In this document: one piece after another, positions 54,572-61,808 of the stretch | Numbering within the stretch: the first letter of the stretch is position 1 | Layout of the letters: every line of letters starts with the position of its first letter | Source: Bacillota bacterium | GTDB lineage: Bacteria > Patescibacteriota > Patescibacteriia > Patescibacteriales > UBA12465 | Assembly: GCA_050259635.1 (NCBI GenBank) | Contig: JBLNBA010000004.1 | Coordinates: 139,005-203,004, forward strand | Length of the DNA stretch: 64,000 nt | Reading direction: 5' to 3' | Program-made: the position numbers and the translations under genes | Notes under the pieces: generated by a model | Told to the model about the DNA's origin: nothing | Database searches by the model: none | The model's input: only the letters and a program-made list of their open reading frames with translations

Positions 54572-55174
54572 AAGTAATGTTAAATCATTCGCGATCGTCC
54601 GCACAATAGTAGTGAGAACAGACCGCAGATGATGCAGAATTGTTTTCCATGATCCCCTTCCTTATAAGCCTCGCTTAGAGAAGCTGCCTTCTGTTCGGGA
54701 AGATCGGGTGAATGAACCGGGACAATAGATTAGTCGGAATCCCGCCTCGCCAACCACTGGCTGAAGCAAGCTTTAAGACTGACAAAACGATTAAGAACTG
54801 CCAGCCTCTTTTCTTGTAACGCCGAGGCTGGAGAAAAGCTTAACCAATCTACATCCGGATCATCATCCCTCACATCCTTCCCTTCAGGCATCCGCCTTCG
54901 GTCCGGCTTCAGAGGTAGGTGATCATTTCGGAAAAACATTCTAATTTAATAAGGAGCGATTGCCTCCCTTCCCCTGTTCGGAGATGGGAATCGACCTTGA
55001 CTAGGCTCGCTAATCCGGAAAAACGGAACACATAAGCGTCCCGCTCTCACCAGGATTTATTAATTTGCTTCCGAGGTGCAATCCAGATCGGAAGAGTTCA
55101 GGAATCTGATCTTCTAAAAAGGCATCGACGTCAGAGGCAAACTAATAAATACCGGCGAAACCGGCATCCTTTCC

Positions 55175-56035
55175 TTATTTGTTGTTATTAATGATCTCTT
55201 TGACTTCCTTTAACTTATCCAAAGCACCGTCATATTCCTTATTATCAAACAGGACTTTAGCTTCTTCGAGGATGGCATCCGGCTGGCGGACTTCCGGTTT
55301 CGTCTCGGCCGGTTTGGTACTGGTGGCAGTAGTAGTGGCGGCCTGAGGATTAGCGGTACCGTTATTAACGGCGAGAGACAAACCCTTGTCATCCTTTTCA
55401 TTTCCGGCCGTCACGATCATCTCTTCATCGGAAGTGGTAGCGACTGGAGCTGGAGTGGCAACAGCCGACTTCTTTATACCGGCGATGCGGGTACGGACGG
55501 TATCAATCTCCTTATTGAAACTCTCATTCAACTGGGCGACCTGGGCATCGTCATGCTTGCCTTCCTCGGCTTCTGCCAATACTTGGGTAATGGCTGCAGC
55601 ATGATCGGCGGCGAACTGCACTTCCAGCTTAGCCTTCTCTTCATTATTAAAGACGCTAGCTAGTTTAGCCTTCTCGGAAATGATGCGAGCGATATATAAT
55701 GATTCATCCGGTTTGGCCCGATTGAAAGCCAGGTAACCAAAAGCGCTCGCTCCGGTGGCAAACAGAAGCAAGGAACCCAAGACCAAGGCCGGCTGAGAGA
55801 TAGCCTGAGTGAAGCTGCGGACATCTATGAGGATGCGCTTCCAAGAAGAGATCTCTTGAGCGCCAGAATTGGCGATTTGGGATAACAAAATCTCCCGGTT
55901 GCTTTTCAACCAGGTTTGATCAGGGGTAATCTGCTTGAGACCCTTCAGTTGTTTGATGAAGTCATGCTCAGTCATATCACGCCATAGTATACGCAAAAGA
56001 GACATTTTCGTTACAGTTCCTCGCTCTGTTTCCAC
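55175..56035 (-). CDS. DUF5667-like single-TM protein (possible anti-sigma-type partner)
   Basis: 286 aa; TM segment PALVLGSLLLFATGASAFGYLAF, then KPDESLYIARIISEKAKL...FAADHAAAI helical domain and an Ala/Thr/Pro linker. GTG start at 56035; alternative ATGs at 56005 and 55975. Confidence 0.5.
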   Translation of the reverse strand: METERGTVTKMSLLRILWRDMTEHDFIKQLKGLKQITPDQTWLKSNREILLSQIANSGAQEISSWKRILIDVRSFTQAISQPALVLGSLLLFATGASAFGYLAFNRAKPDESLYIARIISEKAKLASVFNNEEKAKLEVQFAADHAAAITQVLAEAEEGKHDDAQVAQLNESFNKEIDTVRTRIAGIKKSAVATPAPVATTSDEEMIVTAGNEKDDKGLSLAVNNGTANPQAATTTATSTKPAETKPEVRQPDAILEEAKVLFDNKEYDGALDKLKEVKEIINNNK

Positions 56036-56070
56036 CCGTCTTTATTGACTAATCATCTCCCCTTCCCTAC

Positions 56071-56096
56071 TTAAGTCTAGAAATATCTAGACTTAA
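56071..56096. promoter_or_regulatory. 26-bp palindromic operator, copy 1
   Basis: TTAAGTCTAGAAATATCTAGACTTAA (12 of 13 symmetric pairs). It overlaps the -10 (TAGATA) of the candidate minus promoter TTGTCA-N18-TAGATA and lies 10 nt from the -35 of the divergent plus promoter. Confidence 0.6.
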
Positions 56097-56161
56097 ATCC
56101 CATAGTTTGACAATACCGGCCAGAATGCTAGGCTTTCTCTATTCTTTAAAGACAAGAAATT

Positions 56162-56443
56162 ATGGAAGATCCAAGTAAACACCCAAGACACATCCAGGGC
56201 TACGAGGGCTCCTTTAAGGACCTAGCAAGCGCCATTGGCAAGATGACCTTTGACCAGGTCGGAACCTTCCTCGGCGAATTAGCCAAAGATATAGAATCAC
56301 AAGCTGAAGCCGATCTCAACAAACGAGGCAGAAAGCGCTTGGCTAAAGAGCTCTTTGAGGCGGCAGAAAATGTAAAGAAGGTCCAGGCCAATATCCTTTC
56401 TGCCTGGAAGATCTGCGAGCCATACATGAAACAAAATGACTAA
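56162..56443 (+). CDS. Small hypothetical helical protein
   Basis: 93-aa ORF; TTGACA at 56107-56112 with a weak -10; terminator at 56451-56474. Confidence 0.5.
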   Translation: MEDPSKHPRHIQGYEGSFKDLASAIGKMTFDQVGTFLGELAKDIESQAEADLNKRGRKRLAKELFEAAENVKKVQANILSAWKICEPYMKQND

Positions 56444-56450
56444 GACCCAA

Positions 56451-56474
56451 AAGAAGCCACAAGGCTTCTTTTTA
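56451..56474 (+). terminator. Rho-independent terminator
   Basis: Stem AAGAAGCC/GGCTTCTT with loop ACAA, followed by TTT. Confidence 0.65.
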
Positions 56475-56496
56475 AAATAAACACCCGAAAGGGTGC

Positions 56497-56524
56497 TTGA
56501 CCACATATCCTTGAATGATATAAT
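56497..56524 (+). promoter_or_regulatory. Orphan near-consensus promoter
   Basis: TTGACC-N16-TATAAT with no ORF downstream. Confidence 0.5.
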
Positions 56525-56530
56525 TATATA

Positions 56531-56597
56531 GTCAAATTCACCTTTGAACCCCGAATATTGAATATCAAATAAGCACCCAAAAGGGTGCTTATTTTTG
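56531..56597 (+). ncRNA. Candidate ~67-nt small RNA (promoter-to-terminator unit)
   Basis: Predicted start about 7 nt after the TATAAT. Ends at hairpin ATAAGCACCC-aaaa-GGGTGCTTAT plus T-run (56569-56597). No ATG in the transcript. Confidence 0.35.
56569..56597. terminator. Rho-independent terminator (10-bp stem)
   Basis: ATAAGCACCC/GGGTGCTTAT followed by TTTTT on the plus strand; also lies downstream of the convergent NYN gene. Confidence 0.7.
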
Positions 56598-56617
56598 CAT
56601 ATCAAGGGAACGCATTA

Positions 56618-57283
56618 TTAAATATCACTTGATTCGGCAAACGGAAGAAGATCTGATTTAACCAAAATGCGCTGTAAGCTAGTCCGACCGATCAAGCCCT
56701 GAGAAGGCTTTGTGTTCTTGCTTTCGTCCTCTTCGTCAACGATGATGGAAAAGCCTATATATTCCACCTTCTTCTTAAATCTTCTTGTAACAATATCAAT
56801 GGCTGGGACTAAATCAGTGTCCGAACTGATTAAAATTGCGGTATCATATCGATCATCCATAGCTCCAATAATCAAATCTGTTGCCAGCTTAACGTCAATA
56901 CCCTTCTCTCTTTTTCTATTAATTTCTATACACGTTATCCCCTTAGAAAGGATGTTTTGGCAGTCCACCGTTCGGTCATCAATCACGATCCGCTCAAGCC
57001 TATTCCTCAGCTTACTGGTTTTAATCTGCCACTCGGTAGACTCCAAACGAGAAAAAAGCGCTCCTTGCTTAGCCATCAGTTCTACACTATGCGGATTACC
57101 TTCGCTTTCTCGGACGGTGCCTATATAAAAACGTTTACCAAATTCCGTTATCTCTCGATTGCCCACCAAAAAATCAATAAAATTATCAAAAGAAAAATCC
57201 AGCTCTTTAATGTTCAGCTTTTTTAAAGCTAAATGATGGAAATTACCTCCATCAATAAAAATTTGCACTCTTTCCGTATCCAT
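56618..57283 (-). CDS. NYN/LabA-like (PIN-related) domain protein
   Basis: 221 aa; VQIFIDGGNFHH, EKGIDVKLATDLI and DTAILISSDTDLVPAI motifs of the NYN domain. Confidence 0.7.
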   Translation of the reverse strand: MDTERVQIFIDGGNFHHLALKKLNIKELDFSFDNFIDFLVGNREITEFGKRFYIGTVRESEGNPHSVELMAKQGALFSRLESTEWQIKTSKLRNRLERIVIDDRTVDCQNILSKGITCIEINRKREKGIDVKLATDLIIGAMDDRYDTAILISSDTDLVPAIDIVTRRFKKKVEYIGFSIIVDEEDESKNTKPSQGLIGRTSLQRILVKSDLLPFAESSDI

Positions 57284-57303
57284 TACTAAAGAATACCATG
57301 AAT

Positions 57304-57344
57304 AAAAAAATCCTGCACACCACCCCCGAAGGGGCAGGCACAGG
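57304..57344 (-). terminator. Terminator-like hairpin with U-tract between a promoter and the NYN start (terminator of the sigma gene or leader attenuator)
   Basis: Minus strand reads CCTGCCCC-TTCG-GGGG(tggtgtg)CAGG followed by ATTTTTTT. Confidence 0.5.
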
Positions 57345-57359
57345 AGACTTTATGCCTAT

Positions 57360-57388
57360 ATTCTACTTGAAATGATAAGCAGTGTCAA
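57360..57388 (-). promoter_or_regulatory. Sigma70-type promoter upstream of the NYN gene
   Basis: Minus strand reads TTGACA-N17-TAGAAT. Confidence 0.6.
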
Positions 57389-57461
57389 GAATATTCCTGA
57401 CGAACATGACAAATTTTCCTAATATGAGCAATTATTAAATTAGAATATTCTAGATTCAACT

Positions 57462-58124
57462 CTACTTCTTCCTCCTGTCCATATCCTCCTCCACCATCTC
57501 CTTTAAAGCCGCTAGGGCTCTATGGAGGATAACGCGGACATTTCCCTTGCTCTTCCCGGTTACATCGGCAATCTCTTCCAAGCTAAGGTCGTTTATGAAG
57601 CGCAGAACGATGACTTCCCGATACTCCTCTTTGAGCAGCGGCAACTGCCTATGGATAGTCTCGAGATCGGCCTGGCGATCCATTTCAGCAGCCGGATTCT
57701 GCCTTTCGTCTACGACTTCAATGGGATTATTCTCGTCATCCAAAGAAATTTCCAGCTTATTCCCGCTCTGGCGGTAGTAGTCTATAACCGATGTTCTGGC
57801 CACCTTATACACTAAAGCCCTCAGGGTTTTGCTATCGCTCAGGCTATTCGTCTGAATGAAATTCCAAGCCTTGAGGAAGACCATGGAAGTAAGGTCCCTA
57901 GCCTCTTCTTCCTTCCCTACTTTGAAATACACAAAACGATATACGTCTCCTACGTAATCGTCATATACCTTAATAAACGCTTCCTTATCTCGGCTTTTGA
58001 GCTGCGAAAGGAGCTGCCTATCCTTGAATTTTTTTACCGGGTTCTGGGCCATGAATTCGTAATCAAAAAATAAGGGAAGAATCCCTCTGATCGGCTTCGA
58101 ATTATTACTTTGATATTCTACCAT
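57462..58124 (-). CDS. Sigma-70 family (ECF-like) RNA polymerase sigma factor
   Basis: Region 2 (FIKVYDDYVGDVYRFVYFKV...EEARDLTSMVFLKAW) and region 4 HTH (LSLEEIADVTGKSKGNVRVILHRAL). An alternative ATG at 58052 (MAQNPVKK) gives a more typical length. Confidence 0.85.
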   Translation of the reverse strand: MVEYQSNNSKPIRGILPLFFDYEFMAQNPVKKFKDRQLLSQLKSRDKEAFIKVYDDYVGDVYRFVYFKVGKEEEARDLTSMVFLKAWNFIQTNSLSDSKTLRALVYKVARTSVIDYYRQSGNKLEISLDDENNPIEVVDERQNPAAEMDRQADLETIHRQLPLLKEEYREVIVLRFINDLSLEEIADVTGKSKGNVRVILHRALAALKEMVEEDMDRRKK

Positions 58125-58208
58125 GAACGGTCAAAAATGCAAGAAAAAGCAAGATATTTTATCCATAAAATAACGGTATTAGAGGCATTAGGTAACAAAC
58201 ATTATCTC

Positions 58209-58237
58209 TTGACTTATTTAATTAAATCTGGTATAAT
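58209..58237 (+). promoter_or_regulatory. Consensus sigma70 promoter of the small HTH gene
   Basis: TTGACT-N17-TATAAT. Confidence 0.7.
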
Positions 58238-58254
58238 TCATCCCGAGTAGCTTT

Positions 58255-58280
58255 TTAAGTCCAAGATTGCATAGACTTAA
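58255..58280. promoter_or_regulatory. 26-bp palindromic operator, copy 2 (in the leader of the HTH gene)
   Basis: TTAAGTCCAAGATTGCATAGACTTAA. Same 26-nt frame and outer arms TTAAGTC...TAGACTTAA as 56071-56096. Lies between the predicted start site and ATG 58310. Confidence 0.55.
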
Positions 58281-58309
58281 AAGATTAAACATAAAAACGA
58301 TATAAATCC

Positions 58310-58570
58310 ATGCTAGAAATGATAAAGACAAATCCGCCCAAACATCCCATCTGGCTCTCCGTTTCGGAATCCGCCAAGATTGGCGGCGTGAAAGACAAGA
58401 CGATCCGACGGGCCCTCAAGGCGGAGGCCGGTCTCAAATTCAAGGTATCGGGAAACCGATATCAGATTGAATTTGGGAGTCTGGTCACCTATTTCCGGCG
58501 AAATACCAAACTTAGCAATAAATTCAACGAGAAAGGCCTGGGCCAATATCTTATCTATCCAAAACCATAA
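58310..58570 (+). CDS. Small helix-turn-helix DNA-binding protein (excisionase/MerR-like HTH)
   Basis: 86 aa; WLSVSESAKIGGVKDKTIRRALKA is a typical short HTH. Confidence 0.55.
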   Translation: MLEMIKTNPPKHPIWLSVSESAKIGGVKDKTIRRALKAEAGLKFKVSGNRYQIEFGSLVTYFRRNTKLSNKFNEKGLGQYLIYPKP

Positions 58571-58585
58571 TCCCCTTCTTGAGAA

Positions 58586-58620
58586 CAAAAAAAGCGCCTG
58601 ATTCCGAAGGCGCTTTTTTC
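58586..58620. terminator. Bidirectional terminator
   Basis: A-run, stem AAGCGCCT/AGGCGCTT (8 bp), then T-run, between convergent genes. Confidence 0.75.
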
Positions 58621-58646
58621 TTTATGAGGATTTGTCCTAATTCAAA

Positions 58647-58928
58647 TTATAAGACGGCGTCCTTAACGGCCTTTGCCAAGCGGAACTTGACCACGGTCTT
58701 AGCCGGGATCTTGATGGTTTCGCCGGTTGCAGGGTTGCGACCTTCGCGAGCTTTCCTCTTAGCCTTCACCAATTTACCGAAGCCAGGAACGAGGCATTCA
58801 CCGCTCTTCTTCACTTCCTTGTAAACGAAAGCAGACATAGTTTCAAAGAAACCATTAACGTCTTTCTTGCTTAAGCCGGTGGCTTCAGCCATGTTGGCGA
58901 CAAACTGCGCCTTAGTCACTTTTGACAT
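58647..58928 (-). CDS. hup: HU family DNA-binding protein
   Basis: 93 aa; GFGKLVKAKRKAREGRNPATGETIKIPAKTVVKFR beta-arm motif. Confidence 0.92.
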   Translation of the reverse strand: MSKVTKAQFVANMAEATGLSKKDVNGFFETMSAFVYKEVKKSGECLVPGFGKLVKAKRKAREGRNPATGETIKIPAKTVVKFRLAKAVKDAVL

Positions 58929-59112
58929 ACGCTTTGCGTAGGGCCTTCATCACGAGACGGCGAGCATGGGGCAAGCCGGCGTAACGATCGAGCCGAATTA
59001 AAGAATATTTACTAATATAAATATTTTTATAAGGAAACGGAAATATCATTTTAGCGCCATCTTTATTAACTTAAATCGCTGTGTAAAATAATTATCCCCT
59101 GTTTATATGCTT

Positions 59113-59141
59113 ATTATAGCACAGAGAATAAATCCTGCCAA
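59113..59141 (-). promoter_or_regulatory. Candidate hup promoter (implies a ~180-nt leader)
   Basis: Minus strand reads TTGGCA-N17-TATAAT. Confidence 0.45.
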
Positions 59142-59261
59142 TAAATACAAGGGTATTTCTCATTTTAGAAATTTGACAAAAATAAAAAACTGGCTTCTCT
59201 TAAAAAACCAGTTTATAAATTGTTCCTATTTTTCTAAAATAGGAAGCGGATGAGTGTTAAT

Positions 59262-59606
59262 TTATTTGCTTTTTCTCAACCTGGCTTCTATATCATTATT
59301 ACTTGGTGGTCGTAGCGCCAGCAAATAAAAGATACCCGTCAGAAAAGTGGAGATACAAAGCAATATAAATATAGATGTAAGAATAAGATTCTCTCCCTCA
59401 AAAAGTCCACCAGAATCATTCATCGCTTTTTCCGGAGAGTAGTTCACAAACATATATACTATGGAAAAATAGAAACCGACTGTTGCCGCTACCGCTATTA
59501 TGCCACCGACGATTGTTGGTATGAGCCAAAATTTGGCCCTCTGATTTTTTATTTCTTGAGAGCACTTTGCTCTAAGCTCTTCATTCTCATTCTGATTTGT
59601 TTTCAT
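59262..59606 (-). CDS. 2-TM membrane protein, short member of a local paralog family
   Basis: 114 aa. The N-terminal EELRAKCSQEIKNQRAKFW resembles EELREKAVKEIRGRAKLKW of the 60810 gene. Two TM segments, ending ALRPPSNNDIEARLRKSK. Confidence 0.55.
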   Translation of the reverse strand: MKTNQNENEELRAKCSQEIKNQRAKFWLIPTIVGGIIAVAATVGFYFSIVYMFVNYSPEKAMNDSGGLFEGENLILTSIFILLCISTFLTGIFYLLALRPPSNNDIEARLRKSK

Positions 59607-59640
59607 GTCATCCTATTTTATTGTTAAAGAAATTCTAGTT

Positions 59641-59669
59641 ACTATATCACAGTTATTAAATATTGTCAA
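59641..59669 (-). promoter_or_regulatory. Sigma70-type promoter
   Basis: Minus strand reads TTGACA-N17-TATAGT. Confidence 0.6.
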
Positions 59670-59781
59670 TAGGAGAAAAACTCTCCCTTTATTCAACTTT
59701 AACAAAAAAAAGACCGGCTTGTTGACGCCGATCTCTGATATTGCCTTTGCAATACCTGATGGATAATTATATTTCTCATGA

Positions 59782-60696
59782 TTATGCAAGATACTCTGTA
59801 TGGCCTGGACCAAACCACACCATGCATTGTAACAAGGCTTGCATTTTTTCTTCCGCCCTAGTCGATTCGGATTTATATACTTGTTCTGCAAAAGTCCACG
59901 AAGGCAAATTTTCTCCTATCCTGCCTCCCAAGACTGGCATTTTCATCCAAGCATAAGTTTGTTCCGCTGCTTCCTTACAGCATTTTGTAATCCAATATGT
60001 TTCCAGATAGGGGGCGGCGGGAGTAGTATTATTTCCTTTGCTCCATTCCATGGCGACAGCGACACCGACCACTATTATAAATGGTTCGATGCCTATATCA
60101 ATGAAGTTATTAACGAAAACAACAATCACCAAGGTAGGAAGAAGTGAAAAGATGGTCTTGATGATTCGACGCAACAGTTTTTTCCGCGGTGCGATCTTCT
60201 GGAGCCTTTGCGCTATCTCTATTATATTCTCATTATCGGTAAGAGAAATCCGAAGATAGCTTCCCGGCCAGTGCATTGGGGTGTAATCGGTTTCACTCAT
60301 TTGTATAAGCGAAAGCTCGAGCTCGCACTTTCGTATCCTCTTACAGATTCCATACACCTGTTTAGGCGTTCTGCAATTGGACATCCTCTTTCTCAGAGCC
60401 TGAGATTTTGTCTTTAAACGGCCGGAGCGTCTCTTCAATACTGACGATATATACTTCTTAGAATTCAAGATGAAAATCGTAAGAATGATATAAATAGCGA
60501 GAAGCCACGCTTCGGCCATCATTGTTATCTGTCTTAACGGAAAAGCATCAGTAAAGAAGAAAATAATCAAGGTTGCTGCTGGCACTATCAAGGCCAGAAT
60601 CAAAGTGAAATAATTGGTGAAAAATCGAATAAATACCGACTTGAACAACATCTTGTTCATGTAGTAAAGCATCTGCAGGTAATCTTCTTGTTTCAT
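59782..60696 (-). CDS. Hypothetical polytopic membrane protein
   Basis: 304-aa ORF, AT-rich; TM segments at both ends with a basic central loop. Confidence 0.5.
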   Translation of the reverse strand: MKQEDYLQMLYYMNKMLFKSVFIRFFTNYFTLILALIVPAATLIIFFFTDAFPLRQITMMAEAWLLAIYIILTIFILNSKKYISSVLKRRSGRLKTKSQALRKRMSNCRTPKQVYGICKRIRKCELELSLIQMSETDYTPMHWPGSYLRISLTDNENIIEIAQRLQKIAPRKKLLRRIIKTIFSLLPTLVIVVFVNNFIDIGIEPFIIVVGVAVAMEWSKGNNTTPAAPYLETYWITKCCKEAAEQTYAWMKMPVLGGRIGENLPSWTFAEQVYKSESTRAEEKMQALLQCMVWFGPGHTEYLA

Positions 60697-60809
60697 GGCT
60701 GATATTTTTGGTTCAGATTGTTAAAGAATACTGATAAATAAAGTATCATTTTCATTCATTATTGTCAAGTACTATAAAAAACCGGCCCTTTTTTAGGAAC
60801 CGGTTAGGT

Positions 60810-61223
60810 TTATTTAGACATCATCGATTCGATGAAATCCCGATCAAGATGCAAGTCATCCAGATCGTCTTGGACGTCTTCGATCAGGTCTTTGTTATTT
60901 TTGATCTCTTGGTCGATCTCCTCTACTTTTTGCTCAAGGAAATGTTTCCTCATCTCCTCCATCCTTTCCTTTATTTTTTCCTCGCCAATCGGCCGATGGC
61001 GCCAAAGCTCCATAAAGGCGATTACGAAGATAGTAAGGATAATGGAAACGATCATATTGGCGACCGACTGGTGATCGGGAAACCAATAGTATTCCGATAT
61101 GTTTAACAATATCCACAGGATTATGGCGAGAATCGGCATCCACTTCAGCTTAGCGCGCCCCCTGATTTCTTTCACTGCTTTTTCCCGCAGCTCTTCTTCT
61201 AGATAATCGATATTACTTCTCAT
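60810..61223 (-). CDS. 2-TM membrane protein with acidic coiled-coil tail (paralog family)
   Basis: 137 aa. RHRPIGEEKIKERMEEMRKHFLEQKVEEI aligns with RFWPLDKEKVKAEMDKMREDFLTEKIEEL of the upstream gene. Confidence 0.6.
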   Translation of the reverse strand: MRSNIDYLEEELREKAVKEIRGRAKLKWMPILAIILWILLNISEYYWFPDHQSVANMIVSIILTIFVIAFMELWRHRPIGEEKIKERMEEMRKHFLEQKVEEIDQEIKNNKDLIEDVQDDLDDLHLDRDFIESMMSK

Positions 61224-61689
61224 GATTAGAGTATTTATGAATGGTTGCTAATGGATTATCTTTATTAGGGCTTCCTGTTTTTAATGCTCCCAGGCAATCT
61301 TGATAGAAGCTCAGATCATCTTCTTCTTCCGGGCTCAAGCCGCCGCTTTCTTCCTTCCCTTCAAGCTCTTCTATCTTTTCGGTAAGGAAGTCTTCTCTCA
61401 TCTTGTCCATTTCGGCTTTCACCTTTTCTTTGTCTAGAGGCCAAAAGCGGCTCGCTACATAGAAACAGGCGGGGATGAGCAGGAAACCGGCTGCAAGGAT
61501 GACGGAAGATAACATCACGCTCTCCTTCGAATCCATCTTTATTATCCACTCAATATTAAGGATAAGGACGAGTGCCACTACGATCATCACCATGATTACC
61601 ACCAGGAAAAGCGCATCGTGCAATTCACCGCGCATCTTACGCTTTACCTGTCGTTGTAATCCTTTTTCAAAGTCCACAATATTTTCCAT
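61213..61689 (-). CDS. 2-TM membrane protein with acidic coiled-coil tail (paralog family)
   Basis: 158 aa; 11-nt overlap with the downstream paralog; TTGACA at 61745-61750 (minus strand) upstream. Confidence 0.6.
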   Translation of the reverse strand: MENIVDFEKGLQRQVKRKMRGELHDALFLVVIMVMIVVALVLILNIEWIIKMDSKESVMLSSVILAAGFLLIPACFYVASRFWPLDKEKVKAEMDKMREDFLTEKIEELEGKEESGGLSPEEEDDLSFYQDCLGALKTGSPNKDNPLATIHKYSNHEK

Positions 61690-61764
61690 GATATTTTTAT
61701 TTATTGTTAAAGAACACCCTCATTTCATCACTTTAATTTGAATTTGTCAATCCTCGGAGATAAC

Positions 61765-61796
61765 AAAAAAGCCTCCTTTTTTTTCGGAGGCTTTTT
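61765..61796. terminator. Bidirectional terminator after the SIMPL gene
   Basis: aaaaaAGCCTCCttttttttcGGAGGCTtttt. Confidence 0.7.
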
Positions 61797-61808
61797 CTGC
61801 ATCCTATC

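Noticed and set aside
54730-54939. 69-aa minus-strand ORF inside the 570-nt gap upstream of the surface-protein gene
   Set aside because: It has no recognisable motif and an Arg/Asp-rich, odd composition, with no promoter or coupling to neighbours. It is kept only as part of the unexplained-region finding.
54572-55174. Possible tmRNA, SRP RNA or 6S RNA in the long non-coding gap
   Set aside because: I found only partial look-alikes: GGTCGATTCCC as a T-loop-like string and CCGGATGTAGATTGG resembling part of 4.5S RNA. There is no acceptor/T-arm pairing, tag ORF or GGAA-tetraloop helix. A covariance-model scan is needed before any call.
58159-58167. DnaA-box-like TTATCCATA near the sigma gene
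   Set aside because: It is a single copy with one mismatch, with no cluster of boxes and no adjacent AT-rich unwinding element. That is not evidence for an origin.
59613-59891. 92-aa minus-strand ORF spanning the 59607-59781 intergenic region
   Set aside because: It overlaps the 3' end of the 304-aa gene and contains the TTGACA-N17-TATAGT promoter of the downstream gene. Its composition is unremarkable, so it is more likely promoter and UTR sequence.
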